The notes under the pieces were generated by a model. It was not told the DNA's origin. It saw nothing but the letters and a program-made list of their open reading frames with translations, and ran no database searches. DNA of 64,000 nucleotides, taken from positions 81,467 through 145,466 of the IMG/VR virus record IMGVR_UViG_3300035190_001334; one strand, 5' to 3'. The stretch comes from a virus. The first letter of the stretch is position 1. Each line of letters starts with the position of its first letter. Shown here one piece after another: positions 39,272 through 49,232 of this stretch. Made by a program: the position numbers and the translations under genes.

Positions 39272-39587
39272 CATCAGCCAAGACCAAGAATCTCTAATCC
39301 GTAACGCAGTTATTATCCTGCTTACTAACACCAAAACAGAATGGAATGACTGGAACATTCAAAACACTGGAGTCGAAATTAATTGCACTATCAATGGTAT
39401 CGAAGTTGATTTTGTACGTTTGGTTCAAGAAGTCAACTCCTCATTTGAAGGTCGTGTCAATGAGGCAGTACAAGAAATTGTAAAAACTCAACTTCAAGAT
39501 TTAAGCGAATCGCTGAGCGAAATAGCAAGGCGTATCGGCAACACACAAAAAGAATTGCGCCTATCTAATATTTATTTTGATGATTAA
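39258..39587 (+). CDS. Hypothetical protein
   Basis: Packed + strand ORF. Confidence 0.6.
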   Translation: MSNLNISQDQESLIRNAVIILLTNTKTEWNDWNIQNTGVEINCTINGIEVDFVRLVQEVNSSFEGRVNEAVQEIVKTQLQDLSESLSEIARRIGNTQKELRLSNIYFDD

Positions 39588-40042
39588 TTATGCGACCTAA
39601 ACTATTTTTCGGACTTGGTGGTTCTTGTGACATCACCAACAGCTTCCTGCCATTTTTCATCAACACACGGCTCATCTTTTTTATGGTCGTTGATGCACTG
39701 TCTTACGTCATAGAGTGCGAACAAGATATGCAAGATTGTTACAACTCAATGTCACCGCAAGAAAAAGCTTGGATTGATGACAAGTCGATGCTCAATTTAC
39801 ACACTGATGAGTTAGGGAGAAGTTATTATGTCTAATCAAGGACTTGTTCAAAAATTTTACATCGAGCGAACTGATGGTGAAGAGTTACCAGAAGGCGCTA
39901 AATACTTCACGCTCCGCTACGACTCAGAAAGTAAGGATGGTGAAGCTTCTCGCAAAGCACTAACTGTCTACGCTGATGAGATAAAGGATATTAATCCAGT
40001 ATTGTCTGAAGAATTACTTCAGGCTATCAGGAATGAATCGCC

Positions 40043-40369
40043 ATGAAAAGCGCCTACAACCAGCTTGAGTTTTGTCAAGTCGAACAAGTGCCAATCACTA
40101 CGCCCAAGAAAATTCACATCATTCGTTCCGAGCAGCAAGGTGCATTTAAGGTTGTGCTTAGCTCCAGAGATGCAGCTAAAATCGTCTCTGAGCTTCAGAA
40201 AGGCAATCCACATACTTTGACCTGCTACATGAGCTTCGGCGGTACTAACGACACCAAAACGTCAGTGTTGAGTGATTGCAAAGAATTTAGCTTACATGGC
40301 GATTGGATAGCTGATAACGAAGCTGTTCGTGAATACTTAAACTCTCAACTAAATGTTTTAGTAAACTAA
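40043..40369 (+). CDS. Hypothetical protein
   Basis: Overlapping start/stop with neighbours. Confidence 0.6.
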   Translation: MKSAYNQLEFCQVEQVPITTPKKIHIIRSEQQGAFKVVLSSRDAAKIVSELQKGNPHTLTCYMSFGGTNDTKTSVLSDCKEFSLHGDWIADNEAVREYLNSQLNVLVN

Positions 40370-41092
40370 TGATTACCATCGCCTACAAATTTCCACATCA
40401 CCCTGAGTGGGATTGTGTCAATGAAGCTGATAACCTGCTATTCTCTCCTTTCGATGGTAAAGAAGAAGATGCTGTGACAATAGCTTCGCTCATCAACTCC
40501 AAGAAGCTAAAAATACTCGGACACCCGAAAATCGGGAGTATTGGTACAGCAGACTTCAAACAACGAGCAACTATTACTGGCTTAGATAGCCTCACGGTGA
40601 CTTTCTCATGAACACATCACATCAAGAGTTTTGGGAGTTGGCAGAAAAACACTGGCTGACTCCTGCATTACTAGGTCAAATCACCAGCGCACCGATTAAA
40701 GTGTTGCTAGATTGGCTCAACAATGAAACTACGCCTGAATCTGCCTTGAATGATTTAAAAAAGTACCTAAATTATGACTCGGCAAATTAAAGATAATGTT
40801 CCGCTAGAGCTAGTGACAATCGATGACAAAAAGATTATCATTACTTATAATTCCGAAACAAAGCAGCTAGTCGTTAAGGCTGGCGCTAACACATTGAAAT
40901 CGAGATTGGTGAATTAATATGTCGATAAAACTGAATAAAGAAGGACGATACAAAATTTCCTTTGAAGATGGTACAGATGTAATCGTTACGTCAGATAATT
41001 GCTTCTTTGCGACCGTCGGTGAAAATCTTATCGGTTACACAACTATTGATGTGAAGTTCAACTCGAAAATCAGTAAAGTGGAGCGTTTGTAA

Positions 41093-41440
41093 ATGAAAGT
41101 ACATTACCTACACGTAATTGTAATTGACCACGATGCTCTAGGAGCCGATGAAGTTGAGCGCGTCCTCGAAGATGCGAATTACCCGAACGATTGCATTGCC
41201 CCTAATGTAATCAAGTCTCAGACCGCAGAGGTTGGTGATAACCCGTTGAACCACAGCAACACTCAAGCTGCTGAAATTGAGCGATTGTTCAGTGCTTGGC
41301 AACCGATTGAAACTGCACCTAGAAATAAGCGTATTTTAGTTTGTACTGATGAACACGTTTGGGTTAATAAATTAGATAGACAAATCTTTGAGAGTGAGCT
41401 TTTAGGTTGGATGCCCTTGCCAAATCCCCCTCAAGGCTGA
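41093..41440 (+). CDS. Protein with DUF551-like C-terminus
   Basis: WQPIETAP...WMPLPNPP. Confidence 0.7.
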   Translation: MKVHYLHVIVIDHDALGADEVERVLEDANYPNDCIAPNVIKSQTAEVGDNPLNHSNTQAAEIERLFSAWQPIETAPRNKRILVCTDEHVWVNKLDRQIFESELLGWMPLPNPPQG

Positions 41441-41827
41441 TGCTAAGCTAAGTAAAATCACTTACTATTACTTGCAATGAATACCAAAAAATACGTTGTT
41501 GACGACTCAACCGCACAAACTATTTTCAAGACTATTCAGAAACATCAAGTCACTCGTCGAGAGTGCATTCTCGCTTCTCAGTACTGCCACATTATCCATA
41601 GGAATTTCACATGGTTAGCCGCTTAATTCGTTGGCTATTTAAACGCAATTCACTTAGCACATATATTTACCGCACCGAACAACTCCTTGCAGAAAAAAAG
41701 TATTGTGAGGCTGATGCTTGCGCTTTTTTAGGGTTGCAACTTTTTCCCAATCAACCTGAGCTTCTTCAGCTTAAACGTAACGCCGAAAAAATGTTCTCTT
41801 CTTATCTATATTCGCAGGAGTTAGGTC

Positions 41828-42406
41828 ATGAGCAATTTTGAAATCTGGTATGCAATCAAGAATGCCAACAAGTACCTGTCTTTCACTAAAAGCAAAAACG
41901 ATATTTCACATCATGCTTATGATGGTTTTGCAATTACAGAACTAGCTGTCTCGGTACTTGAAAAACGCGATTCTCCTGCCACAAACTATGTCGCATTAAT
42001 CGAGAACGATAAGATTGCAGCGATTATGGATTTCGAGTTGGCATTTCATCTTTATGACGACTTGACGAACATTTACCCTGTTGTTGTCGAACCAATTGTT
42101 CGCTGCCAAAGATGCGAGATTGCTTATATCGGCGGCGTATTCCATTGGAGCTACAAGTTTCAACCTACAACTCCTGAAGCAGTGCTGGCGAAAGTCTGCA
42201 TTCCGACTGCGGGACATGGCGACAAGCAAAACATCCCTTGCCTTGCCAAGCAGTTGCACGAATCTGATTTGGGCTTACTGCAAAAGACACCCGCAGAGTT
42301 GACCGACTTTGTTCGAGCCAACAATAACGCGATTGAGTTTGAGCTGCCTGATGAAGATTATTACTTGAAAATGGCAAAGGAGATTCTGAACGATGAACAG
42401 CACTAA
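41828..42406 (+). CDS. Hypothetical protein with putative Zn-binding Cys motifs
   Basis: CQRC...VC...C; AGGAG RBS. Confidence 0.65.
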   Translation: MSNFEIWYAIKNANKYLSFTKSKNDISHHAYDGFAITELAVSVLEKRDSPATNYVALIENDKIAAIMDFELAFHLYDDLTNIYPVVVEPIVRCQRCEIAYIGGVFHWSYKFQPTTPEAVLAKVCIPTAGHGDKQNIPCLAKQLHESDLGLLQKTPAELTDFVRANNNAIEFELPDEDYYLKMAKEILNDEQH

Positions 42407-42848
42407 TTTTGAAACTACTGCGCTAGACCTTCTAGACAAAATGTACGAGGCAATACCCAAAGAGTGCCAACCCCTTCCCAGAGGTGTACTACAATCGAAA
42501 AATGCCCTTGCGAATTTGATTCGAGGAGTATCCCAAGAGCAAATTCCTTCTGAAATCGAGTCTAAAAAAGTAAGTATCGGTGATACTGTATATTATTTAG
42601 GGTCTAGCTCGGTGCAAATTGGTGTAGTAAGAAGGGTAGTGACTGTTGAAGGTTATCCTGTATCAGGTAATCCAAGAGAAGGTTCTGTAAGATACTCTGA
42701 AACACCTAAAATTCAAAAAGAGTATTTTGTATTGCCCCAGAGTGCTATTCCTTTAATAGGGGGCTATAGCACTGCTGAAGAGTTTTACGTCAAATTAAAC
42801 TCCCGTCAACTTTTCACAACTAAACAGGAGCTACTAGATTCACTATGA
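42393..42848 (+). CDS. Hypothetical SH3/KOW-like protein, paralog of 43586-43963
   Basis: IGDTVYYL...LFTTKQELLDSL. Confidence 0.65.
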   Translation: MNSTNFETTALDLLDKMYEAIPKECQPLPRGVLQSKNALANLIRGVSQEQIPSEIESKKVSIGDTVYYLGSSSVQIGVVRRVVTVEGYPVSGNPREGSVRYSETPKIQKEYFVLPQSAIPLIGGYSTAEEFYVKLNSRQLFTTKQELLDSL

Positions 42849-43025
42849 GCGATACAACTTTCAAATTCGATATCGGGCAACGTGTCCGATTTGGCACACA
42901 AGCAAGCATCTTCGAGGTGTACTCGCACTACGCTCCAGAAGACGGCTCAGAGCATCAATACTACCTGAAGAGTGCAACTACACCTAGCTATTTACAATGG
43001 GCGCTAGAGAGCGATTTAAGCGAGG

Positions 43026-43526
43026 TTATTTAGATTTCTTGGGTTCGTAACGTTTTTCGCCAGTTTTGAATCTCTTATCGTTTTCGAGTACACCATCAGC
43101 GCTTGCCCTGCTCAAGTCTCGCGCCCCATCTTTTTCATAATTTGCTTTACCTTCTTTTCTGTAGCGGTCAGCGATTTCCTTTGTAGGGTCGCTGGCTCCT
43201 GCCGTCGCTCTTGGCTTGCGAGGCTCGACATACTTCAATGTGGTGTCCTTGGCAGTCTTCTCTCTTTCTGCCGCCTTGTTAGCTTCATTCTTATCACGAA
43301 GAGCTTTGTTGGCACGTTGTTTGGCTTCAGATGCGCCTTTACCCAAATCGGTGTAGCTGGCGTTTTTCTTGGGGTCAGTCCAAGCTTTCTTGCTGGCAAT
43401 ATCCTTAACGGCTCCTACAGTTGTTTTGATATCTGCTTTGGCGCGAGTTAACCAACGGTCGAGATTGCCAATGGCGAAGTCAGCTTCGTTGCCTAGAGGC
43501 GAGTTCATGTGTTTGTAATCTGTCAT
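43026..43526 (-). CDS. Charged hypothetical protein in late orientation (possible internal head protein)
   Basis: Lone minus-strand gene filling the gap in the + array; own AT-rich upstream region. Confidence 0.65.
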   Translation of the reverse strand: MTDYKHMNSPLGNEADFAIGNLDRWLTRAKADIKTTVGAVKDIASKKAWTDPKKNASYTDLGKGASEAKQRANKALRDKNEANKAAEREKTAKDTTLKYVEPRKPRATAGASDPTKEIADRYRKEGKANYEKDGARDLSRASADGVLENDKRFKTGEKRYEPKKSK

Positions 43527-43585
43527 TTGATAGATGCAATTTTTGTTATTTTATTTTATTGTATCAGGATTAGCGAGAGGTACTT

Positions 43586-43963
43586 ATGTCTAATTACCAA
43601 ATCAACACCAGAATCGAAAAACTTCGAGCTACAGGCAATTCACAAGAATTTCTAGATGCTCTTCATTGCCTTGAGTTAGCTATTAAAGACTTACTTGAGA
43701 ATAATCCCACTTTCAAGTTTGCGGTGAGTCAAGAAGTCTGGTTTCTCAAGAATGATAAGGTGCAGAAAGGAAATGTGCGACTTCGTCAGATTACTGAGAG
43801 CAGTGAAAAACTACGAGACGAAGTAGATTATTTCAATAGAAGTACAGATGACAAACTTATTATTGTATATTCTTTATCTGAATCTAAGACCGCAGACCCA
43901 AATTGGTTGCTCGATGAACGTACTCTATTTGCAAGTAAAGCTGACTTGTTGGAGTCACTGTAA
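43586..43963 (+). CDS. Hypothetical SH3/KOW-like protein
   Basis: KFAVSQEVWFL...LFASKADLLESL. Confidence 0.65.
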   Translation: MSNYQINTRIEKLRATGNSQEFLDALHCLELAIKDLLENNPTFKFAVSQEVWFLKNDKVQKGNVRLRQITESSEKLRDEVDYFNRSTDDKLIIVYSLSESKTADPNWLLDERTLFASKADLLESL

Positions 43964-44214
43964 TGTACCATACCACTCGTGAAGGAAAGCAAATTCTTAT
44001 TAAGGATATGACAACTCAACATATCCTTAACACTATTAAAGTTCTTGAGGGAAATATTAGTAGAAAATATCTTGCGGAACTTTTAATTCGTACTAAACAG
44101 TATGGTAGTATTACCACACTTCTTGAGGAAATTCGTGACGATGAGTATGGGGACGACAATGAAAACTACAGAGAAGACCATTTTGGAATGATGGAATATT
44201 CGGAGACTTTTTAA
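43963..44214 (+). CDS. Hypothetical protein
   Basis: TREGKQILIKDMTTQHILN motif common in phages. Confidence 0.65.
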   Translation: MYHTTREGKQILIKDMTTQHILNTIKVLEGNISRKYLAELLIRTKQYGSITTLLEEIRDDEYGDDNENYREDHFGMMEYSETF

Positions 44215-44624
44215 TGTTAATTGTAGGACATCTCAAAGAACGTCAACTTGACTCAGATATTCGCTGTGACCGAGCAACTGCGCTTGGCAACCCTTTTGAT
44301 TTAGTCAGTGAAGAATTTCGTGACGAAGTTTGCGATGCTCATGAAGCTTACTTAAAACTAGTAATCAGACGTTACAATGCTGGCATGAAAGACCAATATG
44401 TTGACCCTAGAGAGATTAGTAAAACACTCCCAATCTCGAAAGTCTGGAAAACACCCTCAACGAAAGATATCGTTTTTAAGTTGCATCAGCTTGTACCTTT
44501 GTATAAAGAAAAGAAAGTATATAGAGTGAGGTGTTGGTGTCGTCGAAGTGATGCTGTCGAACTTGTACCTCGATGTCATTTAGATACGGTTGTTCGTTGT
44601 GTAAAATATTGGAGTGAGAAATAA
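44214..44624 (+). CDS. DUF4326-like protein
   Basis: CDR...LGNPF...CWC...CH.D. Confidence 0.75.
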   Translation: MLIVGHLKERQLDSDIRCDRATALGNPFDLVSEEFRDEVCDAHEAYLKLVIRRYNAGMKDQYVDPREISKTLPISKVWKTPSTKDIVFKLHQLVPLYKEKKVYRVRCWCRRSDAVELVPRCHLDTVVRCVKYWSEK

Positions 44625-45062
44625 GTGTCGGCAATCAACTGTCTTGGTGACGAAGAAGTGTATGGTGAAGTTGTAGAAGGTTGGACTCTCGTAAGATTAG
44701 TTAGACCTACCAACCACAAATCCCCTGAAGGTCTAAGGAGTACCCACCAACACTCTACAAAACTGCACAACGATGTGTATATGTTTTGGAATGATTGGGG
44801 TCTAACACGAAGTAATGACCCAGATTTCATTTTCAGATGCGACCCATTACCTAAAACTAGTCGCTCGAAGAAACAACTGCAACGCTTCCAACACTACAGA
44901 GAACGCTTGACAGGTGATGTAGAGATTGGGTATAGTTTAATGGCTGCTTGTCTTAAAGCTGGCTATAATCCCAAGAAACTGCGTCTTGCAGAGTGGTTAA
45001 TGGATAGAATGTATCATCACTTGAAAAATTTGGATTGGAAACCTTTGTATACTAATCACTGA
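44625..45062 (+). CDS. Hypothetical protein
   Basis: 145-aa packed ORF. Confidence 0.6.
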   Translation: MSAINCLGDEEVYGEVVEGWTLVRLVRPTNHKSPEGLRSTHQHSTKLHNDVYMFWNDWGLTRSNDPDFIFRCDPLPKTSRSKKQLQRFQHYRERLTGDVEIGYSLMAACLKAGYNPKKLRLAEWLMDRMYHHLKNLDWKPLYTNH

Positions 45063-45274
45063 AATGAAAACCCTTCGTAAATACATTCAACAACTTGAAG
45101 CTCTTGCAGATAAGTATGGCGACGATACTCCTGTAGTTCGCAAACAAACATGGCAAGAATCAGGCAAACCTGTCAAATATTCGATGGCTGTTGTACCTAG
45201 AGTTATTTCTAAAGATAAAAAGCCGCAAATTCTAATCAATCCTGACCAAGTTACAGTTGATTGGGGAAGATTAT

Positions 45275-45733
45275 ATGACTAGAAATAAAAGTAACGACTA
45301 CCGCCGCTACCGAACATCGATGTACGCCTACAACCAACATCAGCGACCAGAAGGTAAACGTGGCGCTCACAAGTTGAAACGCCTAGCTTGGAGGGAAGAG
45401 ATTGCTACGCTGGTAGAAGAGAATCGGCTCCAAAAAATCAGCAACATCGAAGACTTGGTACTTGTGCTGGTGAAAGCTGGCTACAAGGTCAGTAAAGGTA
45501 AGAAGGATTTCCACTACCGATTCGAGAATGACACTATTTTTGGCTTGTTCGGTGGTGAAGGCGATTACGCGATGTCCCCATATACCGAAAACAAAATTTG
45601 TGCAGCAATCCGTTGCACTTTTGACCGATGGAGTACCGCAGAGATTCTTGATTTAGAGTTCATCGGTAAAGATGCAGAAGAGATTTTGTTAACATTGAAA
45701 GACCTCGAACACGGAGATTGGATTAACTTATGA
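45275..45733 (+). CDS. Hypothetical protein
   Basis: Packed ORF. Confidence 0.6.
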   Translation: MTRNKSNDYRRYRTSMYAYNQHQRPEGKRGAHKLKRLAWREEIATLVEENRLQKISNIEDLVLVLVKAGYKVSKGKKDFHYRFENDTIFGLFGGEGDYAMSPYTENKICAAIRCTFDRWSTAEILDLEFIGKDAEEILLTLKDLEHGDWINL

Positions 45734-46017
45734 TTAATTTACAAGAAGCATTTGAAAAGTATTCTTCCGAGTCACATACATTTCCACAAATCCAAAACCC
45801 TCTGCATCCAAAAAGACCTGATATTGCAGCTTTTTTACTTTTAGACAAGTTAGTACCTAACGATGGCTATAACATCATTGGAGGTGCTGGTCATGATGTA
45901 ATTTGGTTAGACACTAATATAGAATTACTTGCAGAAGTTGCCACAGAAGAAGATATTTTGTATTTGTACCGTTGTGGTGTAAGGCTGGGTGATGACACCT
46001 TGGAGATGTTTACCTAA
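45730..46017 (+). CDS. Hypothetical protein
   Basis: RPDIAAFLLLDKL...HDVIW...RCGV motif. Confidence 0.65.
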   Translation: MINLQEAFEKYSSESHTFPQIQNPLHPKRPDIAAFLLLDKLVPNDGYNIIGGAGHDVIWLDTNIELLAEVATEEDILYLYRCGVRLGDDTLEMFT

Positions 46018-46348
46018 TGGAAGATGAAATTGACCAACCTCGGCTAACAAATCGTGAGCGTTCGCGTAAACCTCATAAAACGTTGGGTTGGTGTAGTACT
46101 TGTGATAGGGATATGGTAAGTGCTGGTAGTAGATGCCCTACTTGTGGTAAACGCGAGTCTGGAAACGAAGCTAGAAAAAGAGATGTGAGGATATATGAGT
46201 AAATGGCAACTTACATTGATTCAAAATGGTAAGAAACTTCGTAAATTTGGTGGTACTAAGGGTGATGTAAAGTGGGAGACTGAGCGCATGACTCATTGGT
46301 TAGAGCATTATGACCGCCATAAACAACTACCTTATGCATTAATTAGAG

Positions 46349-46813
46349 ATGTACCTTGTCAATTTGTTGTCTCGAAATACAACAATTCCCGTACTAAAAA
46401 GAAAATTATCATGGAAGTTCGCAATTTTGACTAAACCTAAATTTTTAGATATAAACGACAAAGACCAGTGGTGGGATGGCACTACTTGGAGAAACGAAGG
46501 TGAAGAAGGCTCGGAAGAGCTTATGCGAACAAACTTACGCAAAGCTTCTATGTCAGAGAACAATTTTCTTTACAATACACATCCTGATGGAGTCATAAAA
46601 TGCCCTCGGTGCTATAAAATGCACTTTGTACCTGATAATTATGATAATTTGTGTGACGGTTGTTGCACTATCCTGCTAACCCACCCCAAAGCGACAGAAA
46701 AAATGATTACGGGTATTAAATATTGGCGCTCAATTGCAGGTAAGCTTGATAACCCTGAAGTAAAAGCTCGTTACGATGAACGGGATAGACTGGTAGCAGC
46801 ACAGAATGAGTAG
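46349..46813 (+). CDS. Zn-finger-containing hypothetical protein (start uncertain)
   Basis: KCPRC...LCDGC. Confidence 0.55.
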   Translation: MYLVNLLSRNTTIPVLKRKLSWKFAILTKPKFLDINDKDQWWDGTTWRNEGEEGSEELMRTNLRKASMSENNFLYNTHPDGVIKCPRCYKMHFVPDNYDNLCDGCCTILLTHPKATEKMITGIKYWRSIAGKLDNPEVKARYDERDRLVAAQNE

Positions 46814-47306
46814 TACTGAACGTTCTAAGTCCTTCGCAAAAGGCAAATTCGGCGAAAAAGTCGTCAAAGAGTTCTTCATCAGTAAAAACTACGAAGTCAT
46901 TCCAGCCACATTAGACCAACAAATCCACGAAAGCTGGGATTTTCGTGTGATTGGCAAAAAAGACTTGCTAATTGAGGTAAAAACCGACTATATGGCAGCT
47001 AAAACAGGGAATATTTTTCTCGAAACTGAAGTTGGAGATGGTCTAGGCTTCATTCGTAAGATAAAACCTGACTCAAAGATTGTTTTCGCTTTCGTTTTCC
47101 CTCAAGCGCAAGAGATTGGCTTCATTGCGGCTACTACACTACTCGATTTTGACTTGCAGAAGCTGCATTTTCGTAAATTTACGCACAAAAGCAACAATTA
47201 TAGTGCTGGCGGCTATTTATGCCCTTGGGCGGATTTCTATTCTGCCTGTTTTACGCGATATTGTTGGAAAGACAAAGATGGCTCAAAAACATTTTGGAAG
47301 GATTAA
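46806..47306 (+). CDS. PD-(D/E)XK endonuclease
   Basis: GKFGE...WDF...IEVKTD....TGNIFLE. Confidence 0.75.
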   Translation: MSSTERSKSFAKGKFGEKVVKEFFISKNYEVIPATLDQQIHESWDFRVIGKKDLLIEVKTDYMAAKTGNIFLETEVGDGLGFIRKIKPDSKIVFAFVFPQAQEIGFIAATTLLDFDLQKLHFRKFTHKSNNYSAGGYLCPWADFYSACFTRYCWKDKDGSKTFWKD

Positions 47307-47308
47307 TC

Positions 47309-47545
47309 ATGACAACTGAAACCAAATTTCCACCTGAAGTCACCTTTGGTCGAGTCAATCAAATGACCTCGTTTGAAGCTTACCTAATCGATGGCGACAC
47401 TATTCGTGACCTGATTGCCTCCTCCAGCCCCAACACAGCTACACAGGCTTTTCGTGTGTCTCGTATCCGTGAAGTACTGGAAGAAGCTAATCGAGAAAAA
47501 GTAGTTGAGAAACCTAACTCTGCATTTATATTTGGTGATGAATAA
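47309..47545 (+). CDS. Hypothetical protein
   Basis: AAGGA RBS before ATG 47309. Confidence 0.6.
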   Translation: MTTETKFPPEVTFGRVNQMTSFEAYLIDGDTIRDLIASSSPNTATQAFRVSRIREVLEEANREKVVEKPNSAFIFGDE

Positions 47546-47619
47546 TATCTATCCGAAGGAGGAGGTGCAGAAAAGGAAATTGGGTTATATTAAAGAAGAT
47601 GCAGTAATGCAGTGTAGCT

Positions 47620-48118
47620 AATTCAATTAAGGTTTGTTGTATTAGTGATAGGTCATCCCTAGACCGAATTACGAGATAGGGGTTGAAAACCTGAATTTTT
47701 AGTAAGTATGGAGGTGTATCTTCAAAATTGCTAAACAACTGGATATTCGAGAAATAGTCAATACTCGATTTGTGGGTTCGTTCATGCTAAAGCTATATGC
47801 GGTTGCTGCTAAATGCGGCGCTATACCTAAATTATAGATAAGGACATGGCTATCCAGCAACGACTCCAAGGTGTAGGTGCATATCTGCACAACGTTAGTA
47901 ACTCACCAACAGTTCCCTAGCTTCTGAATTTGTGAGTAAATAAGAAGTGGTTCGGGCAAGCAAGCTCTGCATCAAGCGTCGAAAAGTGGAGGCAGTCATT
48001 AGCCTTTGGTTAGTAGAGTCAGTCAGGATTGCAATCTTGCCACTTGGTTTACATCTCCCCTCTCGTAGATAACCTCAAAGAGCGAACAGTTTGGCGCTAT
48101 AAAGTGGGAGCGCCATTT
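47620..48118 (+). ncRNA. Candidate large structured non-coding RNA
   Basis: No convincing ORF; many nested stems (GTTGCTG/CAGCAAC, ACTCAC/GTGAGT, AAGTGG/CCACTT, TGGCGCT/AGCGCCA). Confidence 0.4.
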
Positions 48119-48123
48119 CAATT

Positions 48124-48194
48124 TGGGGAGTGGCGAAATGGTTACGCGACTGCTCAACAGCAGGACTATGTAGGTTCGAGTCCTACCTCTTCAA
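48124..48194 (+). tRNA. Atypical tRNA (Gln-like acceptor, shortened anticodon loop, identity undetermined)
   Basis: TGGGGAG/CTCTTCA acceptor, D-arm GCG..CGC, GTAGG-TTCGAGT-CCTAC T-arm; anticodon arm CTGCT-CAAC-AGCAG. Confidence 0.65.
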
Positions 48195-48270
48195 TTGCGC
48201 GAATCTACCTCACTGGAGACGGACGGGTAACACCGCCTGAAAGTGTTTGAACACTAGCGCATTCATTGAC

Positions 48271-48342
48271 TGGCGTATGTCCGACAGTTAAGGAAGTCTC
48301 CTCATAAGAGATGGTATGTTGGTTAGAATCCAACTACGCCAA
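48271..48342 (+). tRNA. tRNA with CAT anticodon (Met or Ile2)
   Basis: TGGCGTA/TACGCCA acceptor, GTCTC-CTCATAA-GAGAT anticodon arm, GTTGG-TTAGAAT-CCAAC T-arm; CCA not encoded. Confidence 0.8.
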
Positions 48343-48343
48343 T

Positions 48344-48409
48344 TGTGCTGTTCGAGTCAGATGTTGATTTACGCTAGGTAGCCAGTCAGGTTCGAGTCCT
48401 GAGTTCGCA
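48344..48409 (+). pseudogene. Degenerate tRNA-like remnant
   Basis: Perfect T-arm TCAGG-TTCGAGT-CCTGA (48386-48402) but no good cloverleaf. Confidence 0.4.
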
Positions 48410-48795
48410 GGTGCGGAGAATCACTTTTATATTTGGTTTAGGAGGTCTTTATGAGTTCTCGCGTCCCTATTAAAAAGGTGACTTGGACTAAATCGTTTGA
48501 GCATATTAAGGAAGTTTTTGGGTTGTGGAGAATTTCTATTCGGTCGAGTACTCACCCTAAATTTATTGCTGCTCAGTGTTTTTGGCTTAGTTTGAATGGG
48601 AGAACATTTTAATCATGGATGACCAGTACGATGCTCAAGTCTATTCATTAGGCTCAGGTTGGATTCGAGACCGTTTAGCTGAGGATTACGTTTACTCGGT
48701 TCAATACGCAGCTAGGTTGCTTCCGTTCATTACTTGCTTGCAGCAGATTGTTCTGGGACTACTAGCTGACCCTAACTACGAAGGAGATTTTTAAC

Positions 48796-48984
48796 ATGGC
48801 GCGATTAACTAGCGAGAACGACATTTATTTACCCAACAAGTCAACAGAAGAGATTGCGCGGGAAGCTGTAGAAGCACATGAAGCGCGATTTACTAAAAAC
48901 GGTTGGCAACTTGCGAAAATTATTATTCCTGTTGCATTTTTAGTATTGTTGGTCAACGATATTATTTTAGTTAAGGTGTTGTAA
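48796..48984 (+). CDS. Small membrane protein
   Basis: AAGGAG RBS, C-terminal TM helix. Confidence 0.65.
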   Translation: MARLTSENDIYLPNKSTEEIAREAVEAHEARFTKNGWQLAKIIIPVAFLVLLVNDIILVKVL

Positions 48985-49232
48985 CGTGTATAACCTTCAA
49001 TTCTTTTCTGCCTCCAAGCGTCAGTGGCTATTCTACGGTTTGGTAGCGTTTACTGGTAGCCTCGATACATTCATCAGTGCTGTGTTTGAGCCTTATGCAA
49101 GGGTCAGCCCTCGAACTAGCTTGCGTATTATCGATTTGAACACTGGCAACGTAGTATATACCTGAAGATAGATGCGCCTCAACATCCTTTTCTGTAATCT
49201 AATTAAACTATCAAAATTAATCTGAAACTATC

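Noticed and set aside
47710-47725. GGAGGTGTATCTTCAA as the missing 5' partner of the orphan acceptor piece at 52101-52159
   Set aside because: Complementary, but gives A3-U70 rather than G3-U70, has no D-loop-like segment and no tag frame follows; treated as probable chance
48029-48250. 73-aa ORF from the track
   Set aside because: Overlaps a tRNA gene; TTG start with no RBS
48194-48265. Theta/HDV-like ribozyme at a tRNA 3' end
   Set aside because: Could not build the nested double pseudoknot or place the catalytic C; a simple four-way junction fits better
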